Below are positions 46,135 to 54,202 of a stretch of 64,000 bases of DNA, one piece after another. Under the pieces are notes generated by a model. That model saw nothing but the letters and a program-made list of their open reading frames with translations. It did not search any database and was not told where the DNA came from. This stretch comes from Bacillota bacterium (lineage in GTDB: Bacteria > Bacillota > Clostridia > Oscillospirales > Oscillospiraceae), in contig JAJUHD010000001.1 in assembly GCA_029268085.1 (NCBI GenBank), forward strand, positions 18,502-82,501, read 5' to 3'. The position numbers and the translations under genes are program-made. Numbering within the stretch: the first letter of the stretch is position 1; each line of letters begins with the position of its first letter.

Positions 46135-46764
46135 TTGAACGAAGCGTTTAATAAAATCAAGGAAACGAAAATTCGCCGCTACGAGGCCATGAACCAGTAT
46201 GCCAGAAAGGGAGGAACCGTTCTGTTGGGCTCCTCGCTGATGGAGCATTTTATGATAAGCGAATTTCTGATGGGAGAGGGCATCTGCAAGGTCGTTTACA
46301 ACCGTGCAGTCGAGGGATGGCGCAGCGAGGAGCTCCTGAAAAATCTGGAGACCTGCGTATTCGGCCTCGAACCGTCAAAAATTTTTATAAATATAGGCAG
46401 CAACGACCTCGACCGTCCGGGAGACCCTCTGCCGGGTCTGGTCAAAAATTACAGAAAGATCTTAAACAAAATAAAGGAGCGTCTGCCGGACTGCACGATT
46501 TATATTATGGCGTATTATCCGGTTCCGAGACTCTCAGACAAGACGGATACGCCTGTAAAAAGACTTCGCACAAGGGAGAGCGTAGAGGGGGCGAACGGGG
46601 CTTTGAAGGCCTTGGCCGCTGAAACCGGCTGCATATACCTGGACCTGAATCCGGTTTTGAGGGACGGCGAGGGTTATCTTCGGGAGGAATTTGCGGCCGA
46701 CGACGTGCATCTCAAGCCGGCTGCCTACAAGGCGTTATTCGACGAGCTGAAGGAATATCTTTGA
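46135..46764 (+). CDS. SGNH/GDSL-family hydrolase
   Basis: Block I is LLGSSLM, block III FINIGSNDL, and block V DDVHLKP (the D-x-x-H catalytic pair). TTG start behind GAGG. Confidence 0.8.
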   Translation: MNEAFNKIKETKIRRYEAMNQYARKGGTVLLGSSLMEHFMISEFLMGEGICKVVYNRAVEGWRSEELLKNLETCVFGLEPSKIFINIGSNDLDRPGDPLPGLVKNYRKILNKIKERLPDCTIYIMAYYPVPRLSDKTDTPVKRLRTRESVEGANGALKALAAETGCIYLDLNPVLRDGEGYLREEFAADDVHLKPAAYKALFDELKEYL

Positions 46765-46773
46765 GAATAAAAA

Positions 46774-46802
46774 GGGCGGACGGCGTTTAACGCCGTCCGC
46801 CC
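46774..46802. terminator. Terminator hairpin between convergent genes
   Basis: A 12-bp perfect stem GGGCGGACGGCG / CGCCGTCCGCCC. The A-run on the + side gives a U-tract for the minus-strand ABC operon. Confidence 0.75.
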
Positions 46803-46820
46803 ATAGAGCATCATAGGATC

Positions 46821-48761
46821 TCAATCCAGCTCGAACATGCCCGTGTAAAGCTGATAATATTTGCCGTGCTCTGAAATCAGCGAATCATGGTCGCCGCGCT
46901 CTATGATCTCGCCGTTTTCCATTACCATTATGGCTTTTGCGTTGCGTACGGTCGACAGCCTGTGGGCTATTACAAACACGGTGCGCCCCTCCATCAGCTT
47001 GTTCATTCCGCTCTCTATAAGCGCCTCAGTTCGTGTGTCTATGGAGCTGGTCGCCTCGTCCAGCACAAGGACGGGCGGCGCCGCGACTGCGGCCCTCGCG
47101 ATTGCTATAAGCTGGCGCTGACCCTGGCTGAGATTTGCTCCGTCGCCCGTGAGCATGGTGTCGTAACCATGCGGCAGATGCGATATGAAAAAGTCGGCGT
47201 TCGCAATTTTCGCGGCGCGAAGGATTTCCTCGTCAGTCGCGTCCAGTTTGCCGTATCTGATGTTGTCCCTGACCGTGCCCGTAAACAGGTGCGTGTCCTG
47301 CAAAACCATCGCGAGGCTGCGGCGCAGATCGTCCTTTTTGATGTTTTTGATCGGAATCCCGTCGTAAAGGATTTCGCCCTGGTCAATGTCGTAGAAACGG
47401 TTCAGAAGATTAGTTATCGTGGTCTTGCCGGCGCCGGTCGATCCCACCAGCGCTATTTTTTGACCGGGCTTTGCATATAGGGAGATATTGTTTATCACTA
47501 TTTTGTCGGGCGAATAGCCGAAAGTCACATTGTTGAAGCGCACGTCGCCTTTTACCTGAGTATAGGAATATCTGCCGTCTTCGCCGGGGCTTTTCCATGC
47601 CCAGAGGCCCGTTTTCCTGGAAGTCTCCCTGATAGTCCCGTCGGGCGAGATATCTATGTTCACCAGAGTGACGAAGCCGTTATCCTCCTCGAGAGGGAGG
47701 TCCAGCATTTCAAAAATCCGTTCCGCGCCTGCAAGCGCCGCGAGAAGCGTATTGAACTGCTGTGAAATCATCGTTATGGGGTGGGAAAAGGAGCGGGTGT
47801 ACTGGAGGAAGGAGGCGATGGTGCCGATATCCGTATAGCCCAGCAATACCAGCCAGGCGCCCGTAGCTGCGGTGACGGCGTAGTTTACATAAGATAGGTT
47901 GCCCATTATCGGCATCAGTATGCCCGAAAAGGTCTGCGCGCTGCAGGCGCTGCTGCGCAGATTCTCGTTCAGCTTTTCAAATTCTTCTATGGCCTCGTCT
48001 TCGTGGCAGAAAACCTTTATGACCTTCTGCCCGGAAATCATTTCCTCAATGTAACCGTTGATTTTGCCGAGGTCGCGCTGCTGCTTGGAAAAGAATTTTG
48101 CGCTCTGCCCGCCGATCTTTTTTATTGTCAGGGTCATGACGATTATCATTACGACCACGAGCACCGTAAGCAGGGGGCTCAGGACGAGCATCATGATGAA
48201 AACGCCGCAAACCGTGAAAAGCGAAGTTACAAGCTGGGATATCCCCCGCCCGAGAGCCTCTCTGAGCGTGTCTGTGTCGTTAGTGTAAAGGCTCATAAGC
48301 TCGCCGTGCGTATGAGCGTCGTAATACTTTATAGGGAGGTCCTGCATGTGCCTGAACATATCGACGCGGATGTTGCGCATGGTGCCGGTAGAGACTATCA
48401 TCATAAGGCGGTTATATATATAGGTTGAAACTACGCCCGCCGCGTATACCGCGCCCATCAGAAAAAGAGTTCTGATAAGGTTTGAAAAATCGGGGGATTT
48501 ATGACCTATGTATTTGGTGAGGTCATTGATTATGGGTTTCAGGAAATAGGTCCCCGCGACGCCGGCAAGCGAGCTGATGGCCGTTGTAATGAGAATGATT
48601 ACAAGGTGCAGTTTATAGGGGCCAAAGTATTTCAGAAGACGGACCAGGGTTTTTCTGAGGTTTTTGGGTTTTTCAAGGCTTCTGTGCCCCATGCCTCTTC
48701 CGGGCCCGATGGGCCTGTTGAGAGCGGGACCGCTGCTCGGAGCTGAATTTGCTGCGGACAT
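46821..48761 (-). CDS. ABC exporter, fused permease/ATPase subunit (heterodimeric multidrug-type), subunit B
   Basis: Six N-terminal TM helices. Walker A is GSTGAGKTT, the signature LSQGQRQ, and Walker B VLVLDEATS. Its start abuts the upstream stop. Confidence 0.9.
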   Translation of the reverse strand: MSAANSAPSSGPALNRPIGPGRGMGHRSLEKPKNLRKTLVRLLKYFGPYKLHLVIILITTAISSLAGVAGTYFLKPIINDLTKYIGHKSPDFSNLIRTLFLMGAVYAAGVVSTYIYNRLMMIVSTGTMRNIRVDMFRHMQDLPIKYYDAHTHGELMSLYTNDTDTLREALGRGISQLVTSLFTVCGVFIMMLVLSPLLTVLVVVMIIVMTLTIKKIGGQSAKFFSKQQRDLGKINGYIEEMISGQKVIKVFCHEDEAIEEFEKLNENLRSSACSAQTFSGILMPIMGNLSYVNYAVTAATGAWLVLLGYTDIGTIASFLQYTRSFSHPITMISQQFNTLLAALAGAERIFEMLDLPLEEDNGFVTLVNIDISPDGTIRETSRKTGLWAWKSPGEDGRYSYTQVKGDVRFNNVTFGYSPDKIVINNISLYAKPGQKIALVGSTGAGKTTITNLLNRFYDIDQGEILYDGIPIKNIKKDDLRRSLAMVLQDTHLFTGTVRDNIRYGKLDATDEEILRAAKIANADFFISHLPHGYDTMLTGDGANLSQGQRQLIAIARAAVAAPPVLVLDEATSSIDTRTEALIESGMNKLMEGRTVFVIAHRLSTVRNAKAIMVMENGEIIERGDHDSLISEHGKYYQLYTGMFELD

Positions 48762-50492
48762 TTACGCAACCCCCTTCTGCTGTGATTCGTAGACCTCTTT
48801 ATATATCCGATTATTTTTAAGCAGTTCTTCATGGGTGCCGACTGCGTTTATCTTTCCGTCTTCCAGAACGATTATTTTGTCGGCGTCTATAACCGAAGCT
48901 ATGCGCTGGGCGATAATTATTTTAGTGACGTCCTTGCGTCCGTCGCGCAGGGTCTGGCGTATTGACTGATCGGTTGCGGTATCCACAGCGCTGGTGCTGT
49001 CGTCGAGTATGAGTATTTTGGGCTTTTTGAGCAGGGCGCGGGCTATGCAGAGCCGCTGCTTCTGCCCGCCGGACACATTTACGCCGCCCTGACTGAGATC
49101 CGTATCGTAGCCGTTCGGAAAAGAGCTTACAAACCCGTGAGCCGCGGCAAGCTTGCAGGCCTCGATTATCTCATCTTCGGACGCGTTTCTGTCGCCCCAG
49201 CGGAGATTGTCACGGATTGTGCCTGAGAAAAGCTCGTTTTTCTGGAGCACCATCGCCACCGCCGACCTGAGATTTTTCAGCTTGTATTGTCTGACATCGT
49301 GCCCGCCGACGACGACTCTGCCGCCGTAAACGTCGTAAAGCCTCGGAATAAGCTGCACAAGCGTTGTCTTCGCGGAGCCGGTGCCGCCGATGATGCCCAC
49401 CGTTTCTCCGCTTTTAATTTTCAGATTGATGTTTTCGAGAGTAAGGTTGTTCCCGTCCTTAGCGTAACTGAAGGAGACGTTTTCAAAAACGATCGAGCCG
49501 TCCTCGGGAAGCAATTCGGCGTCCGCGTCCTCGTCGCTTATGTCGGGTATTTCGTCCAGAACCTCGGAAATGCGGGTCAGGGAGGCCTTTGACATGACGA
49601 GCATAACGAAAGACATGGAAATCATCATAAGCGACATGAGTATCTGCGAGGTGTAGCTTATAAAGGACATGAGATCGCCGGTAAGCATGTTTCCGGCAAC
49701 GATCATCTTGCCGCCGAACCATGAAACGGCTATCATGCAGGCGTACATGGCCAGCTGCATGCAGGGCATGTTCAGAATGAGAAGCTTTTCCGCGTTTCTC
49801 TGAGCGTTCTGCAGTTCAGTGGCCGAGAATTCAAACTTTTCGTTTTCGTAGTCGCGCCTTACAAAAGATTTCACGACCCGGATAGCGATAAGGTTTTCCT
49901 GAAGATAGGAATTCATCTTGTCGGTTTTACCGAGCATAACAAGGAATCGGGGAAAGGCTTTTATTATAATAAAAGCAAGCACCATCGCCAGGATAGGCAC
50001 CGCCACCAGAAATACTACGGAAAGCGACGCGTTTATTCTGACGGCCATCGCAGAAGTGAGTATCAGCAGCGCCGGGGCGCGGACCGCTATGCGAAGAACG
50101 GTCATCGCAGCCATCTGCGCGGAAGTGATATCGGTGGTGAGCCTTGTAATGAGAGACGCGGTGCTGAATTTGTCGATGTTCGCGAAAGAGAAGTCCTGTA
50201 TCTTCCTGAATATCTTTGAACGGAGACCGCTGGAAAAACCGGTCGAGGCTAGAGCCGTAAACCTTCCGGATACCGCTCCGAAAGCCATGGCCAGGCAGGC
50301 CAGCAATATCATAATAAGCCCCTGTTTTATAATGTAGGGCAGGCCGCCTCCTCCGTTTATGCCGACGTTTATAATTTTCGCCATTACAAGAGGTATGAGA
50401 ACGTCGAGCGCAACCTCCATTATTACCGAGAACGGCGCGAGTATCGCGTAGATTTTGTATTTCCCCAAACAAGGGAGCAGCTTTCTTAACAT
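48762..50492 (-). CDS. ABC exporter, fused permease/ATPase subunit, subunit A
   Basis: The start is taken at MLRKLLPCLGKYK (ATG 50492), just after the marR stop. Walker A is GGTGSAKTT, the signature VSGGQKQR, and Walker B ILILDDSTS. Confidence 0.9.
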   Translation of the reverse strand: MLRKLLPCLGKYKIYAILAPFSVIMEVALDVLIPLVMAKIINVGINGGGGLPYIIKQGLIMILLACLAMAFGAVSGRFTALASTGFSSGLRSKIFRKIQDFSFANIDKFSTASLITRLTTDITSAQMAAMTVLRIAVRAPALLILTSAMAVRINASLSVVFLVAVPILAMVLAFIIIKAFPRFLVMLGKTDKMNSYLQENLIAIRVVKSFVRRDYENEKFEFSATELQNAQRNAEKLLILNMPCMQLAMYACMIAVSWFGGKMIVAGNMLTGDLMSFISYTSQILMSLMMISMSFVMLVMSKASLTRISEVLDEIPDISDEDADAELLPEDGSIVFENVSFSYAKDGNNLTLENINLKIKSGETVGIIGGTGSAKTTLVQLIPRLYDVYGGRVVVGGHDVRQYKLKNLRSAVAMVLQKNELFSGTIRDNLRWGDRNASEDEIIEACKLAAAHGFVSSFPNGYDTDLSQGGVNVSGGQKQRLCIARALLKKPKILILDDSTSAVDTATDQSIRQTLRDGRKDVTKIIIAQRIASVIDADKIIVLEDGKINAVGTHEELLKNNRIYKEVYESQQKGVA

Positions 50493-50977
50493 TTTCTTCT
50501 TCCCTTCTTTTGCTTGTGTAGCTCGTGTATAAGACTGCAAAAGTCGTCGTTGTCAAAGGAAAAGTTTTTAATAATGCGTTCGAGAATGCCGTTTAGAAGG
50601 AGTCGTTCCTCCTCGCTGATGTTCTCGAATATTTTCTCGTCAAAGAGCTCGAGATCCCGCCTGCAGTTTGTCAAAGTCTCCATACCCTTTTCCGTGACGG
50701 TAAGAACGTTGCAGCGCCGGTTTTCGTTGTCCTCGCTTTTCCTCAGCATCCCCGCCTTCTGAAGACGTTTCGTGGATAAAGCTATCGAGGCGGGAGAAAC
50801 GTCGAGCTTCTCGGCTATATCGTTCTGCGTGCAGCCCTCGTTTTGTATGATATGCTCAAGAATGCGTAGCTGGCTGAAATGAAGGCCCTTGGAGGAGAAA
50901 ACCCGGCCTATTGACACGCGCCTCATCATGGCCACACGGTCGATGTTTCTCCCGAGCTCGGTCAAGGATAACTGCAC
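50486..50977 (-). CDS. MarR-family transcriptional regulator
   Basis: The winged-helix block is LHFSQLRILEHI...QNDIAEKLDVSPASIALSTKRLQKAGMLRK. A GTG start at 50977 lies 7 nt after AAAGGAGG. ATG 50995 lies within that RBS and is less likely. Confidence 0.85.
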   Translation of the reverse strand: MQLSLTELGRNIDRVAMMRRVSIGRVFSSKGLHFSQLRILEHIIQNEGCTQNDIAEKLDVSPASIALSTKRLQKAGMLRKSEDNENRRCNVLTVTEKGMETLTNCRRDLELFDEKIFENISEEERLLLNGILERIIKNFSFDNDDFCSLIHELHKQKKGRRKC

Positions 50978-51001
50978 AAAAAAACCTCCTTTCATATAAG
51001 C

Positions 51002-51016
51002 GCTTAATAATTAAGC
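51002..51016. promoter_or_regulatory. 15-bp palindrome upstream of marR (operator candidate)
   Basis: GCTTAAT-A-ATTAAGC has perfect 7-bp arms and lies about 25 nt upstream of the marR start. Confidence 0.35.
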
Positions 51017-51103
51017 AGTTAACATATTGCATAATAACGCATTGATTTGATCATGTCAATAGTTTTTTTCTCGGTTTCAGCCGGGATGAAAAAATGATTT
51101 TCC

Positions 51104-51158
51104 CCGGAAAAAATCCGGGATCCCCGCGGCGGACGGCAGGAATCCCGGATTTTTCCGG
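51104..51158 (-). terminator. Long hairpin downstream of the EamA-like gene
   Basis: The arms are CCGGAAAAAATCCGGGA / TCCCGGATTTTTCCGG (16-17 bp, one bulge). On the minus strand the hairpin is followed by a T-rich run. Confidence 0.55.
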
Positions 51159-51179
51159 AGTAGTCTTAATTTAAGTCTT

Positions 51180-51593
51180 CTAAATTATTAAAATCAGTCC
51201 GATTACGGCGAGGCAGCCGCCGATGATATTGGTCATGGTCAGCCTTTCGTGGAGAAGTATGACCGAGCATATTATAGTTACCAGCGGAGAGCAGGCCATT
51301 ATGAGCATTACAATCGAGGCGGAGCCGTGCTTAAGGGCTGAAAAATAGGCGAGATCGCCGATGAGCATCGCAAAAATCGCTTCAAAAACCAAAAAAAGCA
51401 GCGTTTTTAACGAAACGGCCTTCAGTTCAGGCAGGTATCCCGCAAAGACAAGCCAGAGAATCAGCACCGCGGCCGTAAAAAAAGTCCTGACGGACAAACC
51501 CACGACCGGACTTAAGCCTCTCAGCCCCACCTTTGCGAAAATCGGCGCTATGCCCCAGCAAACCATGCCGATAAACGCGAGAACATAAAACAT
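51180..51593 (-). CDS. EamA-domain (DMT superfamily) half-size transporter
   Basis: 137 aa with 4-5 TM helices. The N-terminal WGIAPIFAKVGL is typical of an EamA domain. Confidence 0.75.
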   Translation of the reverse strand: MFYVLAFIGMVCWGIAPIFAKVGLRGLSPVVGLSVRTFFTAAVLILWLVFAGYLPELKAVSLKTLLFLVFEAIFAMLIGDLAYFSALKHGSASIVMLIMACSPLVTIICSVILLHERLTMTNIIGGCLAVIGLILII

Positions 51594-51688
51594 AAGCTTG
51601 ACCCCTTTTCTTTTAATTTTTATGTCCAGGCGCCTTCGTTTAGAATTTATTTTTAAGGACGTGAAACAATAAAAAAAAGAAAACGGGA

Positions 51689-52567
51689 GTGCGGTATTTG
51701 AAAAAGCATTTTTTTATTTTGTTTTTATGCCTGTTTCTGGGTCTTACGGGAAAATCCTTCGCAGAAACCGCCGGCGTCGGCCTCGATCCGTTTATGACCG
51801 GCAGCCTGCTTTCCGGACCCGTAAAAGAGCTGCCCTGGGATAAAGAAACAGACTTTTTGGCCGCTAAGGAGCAGAACGGATGCCCGGTTCTGCTGGGGGC
51901 GTACAGAACCGTTCTTCGGGATCCGCTGCCCGGCGAGGAGCATAACGTTCATTTAGCGGCAAGCTACATTTCGGGAACAGTTATAAAGCCCGGAGAAATA
52001 TTTTCCCAGAACGGAAAAGCGGGGCCGTATACCAGAGAAAGAGGGTTCAGAGAAGGCCCCACATATCATGGGACAACGCTAGCAAAAACTATCGGAGGTG
52101 GAGTGTGCAAAATTTCCTCCACTCTCTTCAACGTCGCGGTTTTGTCCGACGTTCAGATAGTGGAGAGGCATACCCACAGTATGCCGGTTCCTTATGTGCC
52201 TTACGGGCAGGACGCAACGGTAAGCTACGGAGCAAAGGATTTCAGGTTCAGAAACAGCAGCGGGGACAACATTCTGATTATGGCGCGAGGCGTTGGAAAC
52301 AAGCTCTTCATAGCGTTTTACGGAAAAAACGCGCCTCCGGAAATCAAATGGAGCCACGAGGTCCTGAAAACCGAAAAAGCGCCGGTGCTTATAAAAAGAA
52401 ATCCGGCGCTTCCCTGCGGCACTGAAAGATTTGTTCTCGAAGGAATGGACGGCGGAGAAATAAAATCATGGATTACGCTGACTTATCCGGACGGTACAAG
52501 CCGGACAAAAGATTTCGGTATAAGCTGTTACAGGCCGCTTCCTTTCATCAAGGAAGTGTCGGATTAA
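51689..52567 (+). CDS. VanW-family protein
   Basis: GGGVCKISSTLFNVAVLSDVQIVERHTHS...YGQDATVSYGAKDFRFRN is the VanW core. An N-terminal signal/anchor is present. The start codon is uncertain (GTG 51689 or nearby). Confidence 0.85.
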   Translation: MRYLKKHFFILFLCLFLGLTGKSFAETAGVGLDPFMTGSLLSGPVKELPWDKETDFLAAKEQNGCPVLLGAYRTVLRDPLPGEEHNVHLAASYISGTVIKPGEIFSQNGKAGPYTRERGFREGPTYHGTTLAKTIGGGVCKISSTLFNVAVLSDVQIVERHTHSMPVPYVPYGQDATVSYGAKDFRFRNSSGDNILIMARGVGNKLFIAFYGKNAPPEIKWSHEVLKTEKAPVLIKRNPALPCGTERFVLEGMDGGEIKSWITLTYPDGTSRTKDFGISCYRPLPFIKEVSD

Positions 52568-52569
52568 AT

Positions 52570-52592
52570 AGCGGAGGGATCCTCCCTCCGCT
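52570..52592. terminator. Terminator hairpin, left copy of a perfectly duplicated 23/24-nt hairpin
   Basis: AGCGGAGGGA-TCC-TCCCTCCGCT has a 10-bp stem. The identical sequence recurs at 52788-52810 on the other side of repeat copy 2. Confidence 0.75.
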
Positions 52593-52593
52593 T

Positions 52594-52786
52594 CAGCTTG
52601 TCAAAGAACTTGTTTATGGCAAAAAAAGCTTCGCAGAATTTCCGCCACGAATGGCGGAAAAAAGTCAAATCTGTCATTTCCGGCGGCGTGTACGTCGGAA
52701 ATGACACCGCTCATGACGGGCGCGGCAGAGCGGCCGTCATGAAGCCCCCTTGTCAAAAAAGCCCAAAGGGCTTTTTTGACAGTCTG
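52594..52786 (+). mobile_element. Copy 2 of the ~193-nt hairpin-rich MITE-like repeat (best-preserved copy)
   Basis: The ends are CAGCTTGTCAAA...TTTGACAGTCTG. Internal perfect hairpins are CCGCC-N6-GGCGG, GTCATTTCCG-N-CGGAAATGAC, CATGACGG-N-CCGTCATG and TTGTCAAAAAAGCCC-AAA-GGGCTTTTTTGACA. It is flanked by identical 24-nt direct repeats. Confidence 0.85.
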
Positions 52787-52787
52787 A

Positions 52788-52810
52788 AGCGGAGGGATCC
52801 TCCCTCCGCT
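52788..52810. terminator. Terminator hairpin, right copy of the duplicated hairpin
   Basis: Identical to 52570-52592. It is followed by TTT and lies 2 nt from the stop of the minus-strand peptidase gene. Confidence 0.75.
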
Positions 52811-52812
52811 TT

Positions 52813-54084
52813 TCAAACAAGCGCGCCCCGCAGCAGTATTTCCTCGTTCTGATTATATATTTCGGGAAACTGCACGGGGGGGATGGGGTTCACTCCGAGC
52901 CCAACCTCGATTGTGAAGCCCGGCTCCCTGAAATCCTGTATGAACCAGTCCTTGTATCCTGCGTACGACGCTTCATAGGGGTTTTCCGATATGGCATAGC
53001 CGCTGACCCTTGAAAAAAGCTCCGCTATGGCGGTCGATTCGGGCGGCTGGAGATCTTTGAAAGTATAGTAGATTACCTCGCCCTGCGTGTGATAAGAGAT
53101 AGTCAGGCTGAAGCCCTGTCTTCTGGTGAAATCGGCCATCGCGGCGGATTCAGGTTCCGAGAGGGGGGCTTCTCCTCCGTAATCCCTTGGCGCCGGCCCG
53201 GTTATCCCCTGGGCCAGCTCATCCTCTTTTTCTTTTTCCCATTCCGCCGGGTAGTTCAGATTCAAATCGACGCCGCGGATATTCGCTTTCCAGACGCGCG
53301 GAAGCGGAAGGCCGGTTTTGTTGAGCTTTGCCGCCTCCGTGTAAGCGGGATCGGTGTAGTTGGGCCAGTAATTGACGAGGTCGACTCCGTCGGGATTGAC
53401 CATGGGTATTATGTAGATGCTGCTTCGCTCCCAGATGTCAGATGTCCGGTAGCCGCGGATGCTTCCGCCCGTCGAATAGGCCTTTGAGAAGTTTTCGATG
53501 AACTTCATCAAAAGCGGCGTGGTAATGCTTTCGTTGGCGTGGTGAGATGCGTTGTAGGATACCGTGTTCGCCCCTCTGCCTATCCTGATGTAAAAAAGGG
53601 TTTTCCCCATAACGCTTTTTCCTATGCTTCCGACGGACAGGAAGGGATATCTTGCGCGAAGCCCGCGTATCTGCCGTTCCAAAATCTCGTAAGTATAGTC
53701 TATGTCCGTGTATACGACGTCCAGGCCGTAAGGCACCGTAAGCCTTTGGCCAACGGAAATGCGGTCCGGGTCTATTCCCGGATTTGCCGTCAGTACGGCG
53801 TTTTGAGTAGTGTAAAACTTCTTTGCTATCTTGTATATCGTATCGCCCGGCCGAACCGTGTAGTTGGCATAGCCCACAATAAAGCGCTCCATGACTCGCC
53901 AGGTTTCGGGGCCTGCTATTCCGTCCGGCGTCAAGCCGTAATCTCTTTGAAAACCGATCACGGCTGACCTGGTCTGATTTCCGAACTGCCCGTCTATGGG
54001 TCCGGGGCTGTATCCGAGCCTCCTCAGAAGGCTCTGTATCAATTTGACGTTAGGGCCTGAGGAGCCCAAAAGCATCGTTTCCAT
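52813..54084 (-). CDS. M14-family gamma-D-glutamyl-meso-diaminopimelate peptidase with N-terminal PG-binding and LysM domains
   Basis: The PG_binding_1 block is LLRRLGYSPGPIDGQFGNQTRSAVIGFQ. The LysM block is YTVRPGDTIYKIAKKF...LTANPGI. The M14 zinc motif is HHANE, with a downstream H in ISYHTQG. Confidence 0.85.
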   Translation of the reverse strand: METMLLGSSGPNVKLIQSLLRRLGYSPGPIDGQFGNQTRSAVIGFQRDYGLTPDGIAGPETWRVMERFIVGYANYTVRPGDTIYKIAKKFYTTQNAVLTANPGIDPDRISVGQRLTVPYGLDVVYTDIDYTYEILERQIRGLRARYPFLSVGSIGKSVMGKTLFYIRIGRGANTVSYNASHHANESITTPLLMKFIENFSKAYSTGGSIRGYRTSDIWERSSIYIIPMVNPDGVDLVNYWPNYTDPAYTEAAKLNKTGLPLPRVWKANIRGVDLNLNYPAEWEKEKEDELAQGITGPAPRDYGGEAPLSEPESAAMADFTRRQGFSLTISYHTQGEVIYYTFKDLQPPESTAIAELFSRVSGYAISENPYEASYAGYKDWFIQDFREPGFTIEVGLGVNPIPPVQFPEIYNQNEEILLRGALV

Positions 54085-54161
54085 TTGCCGCTCCTTTCAT
54101 AAGACGGTTTGCGCCGCCTTAACTCTTAGTATTATTATATTTTTGAGACTCCGGTATGACA

Positions 54162-54190
54162 TAAAAAAGGCGCCCTGAAGCGCCCTTTTT
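54162..54190. terminator. Short GC hairpin with flanking A/T runs between two minus-strand genes
   Basis: AAAAAAGGCGCC-CTGAA-GCGCCCTTTTT. Confidence 0.5.
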
Positions 54191-54202
54191 GATTTAAGAT
54201 GA

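Noticed and set aside
52598-52852. ORFs inside the repeat copies that give similar peptides (also 52601-52816 on the minus strand and 44413-44607 on the minus strand)
   Set aside because: They have no RBS. The frame is broken by an indel in copy 1. Sequence conservation is explained by the four nucleic-acid hairpins. These are artefacts of a conserved non-coding element.
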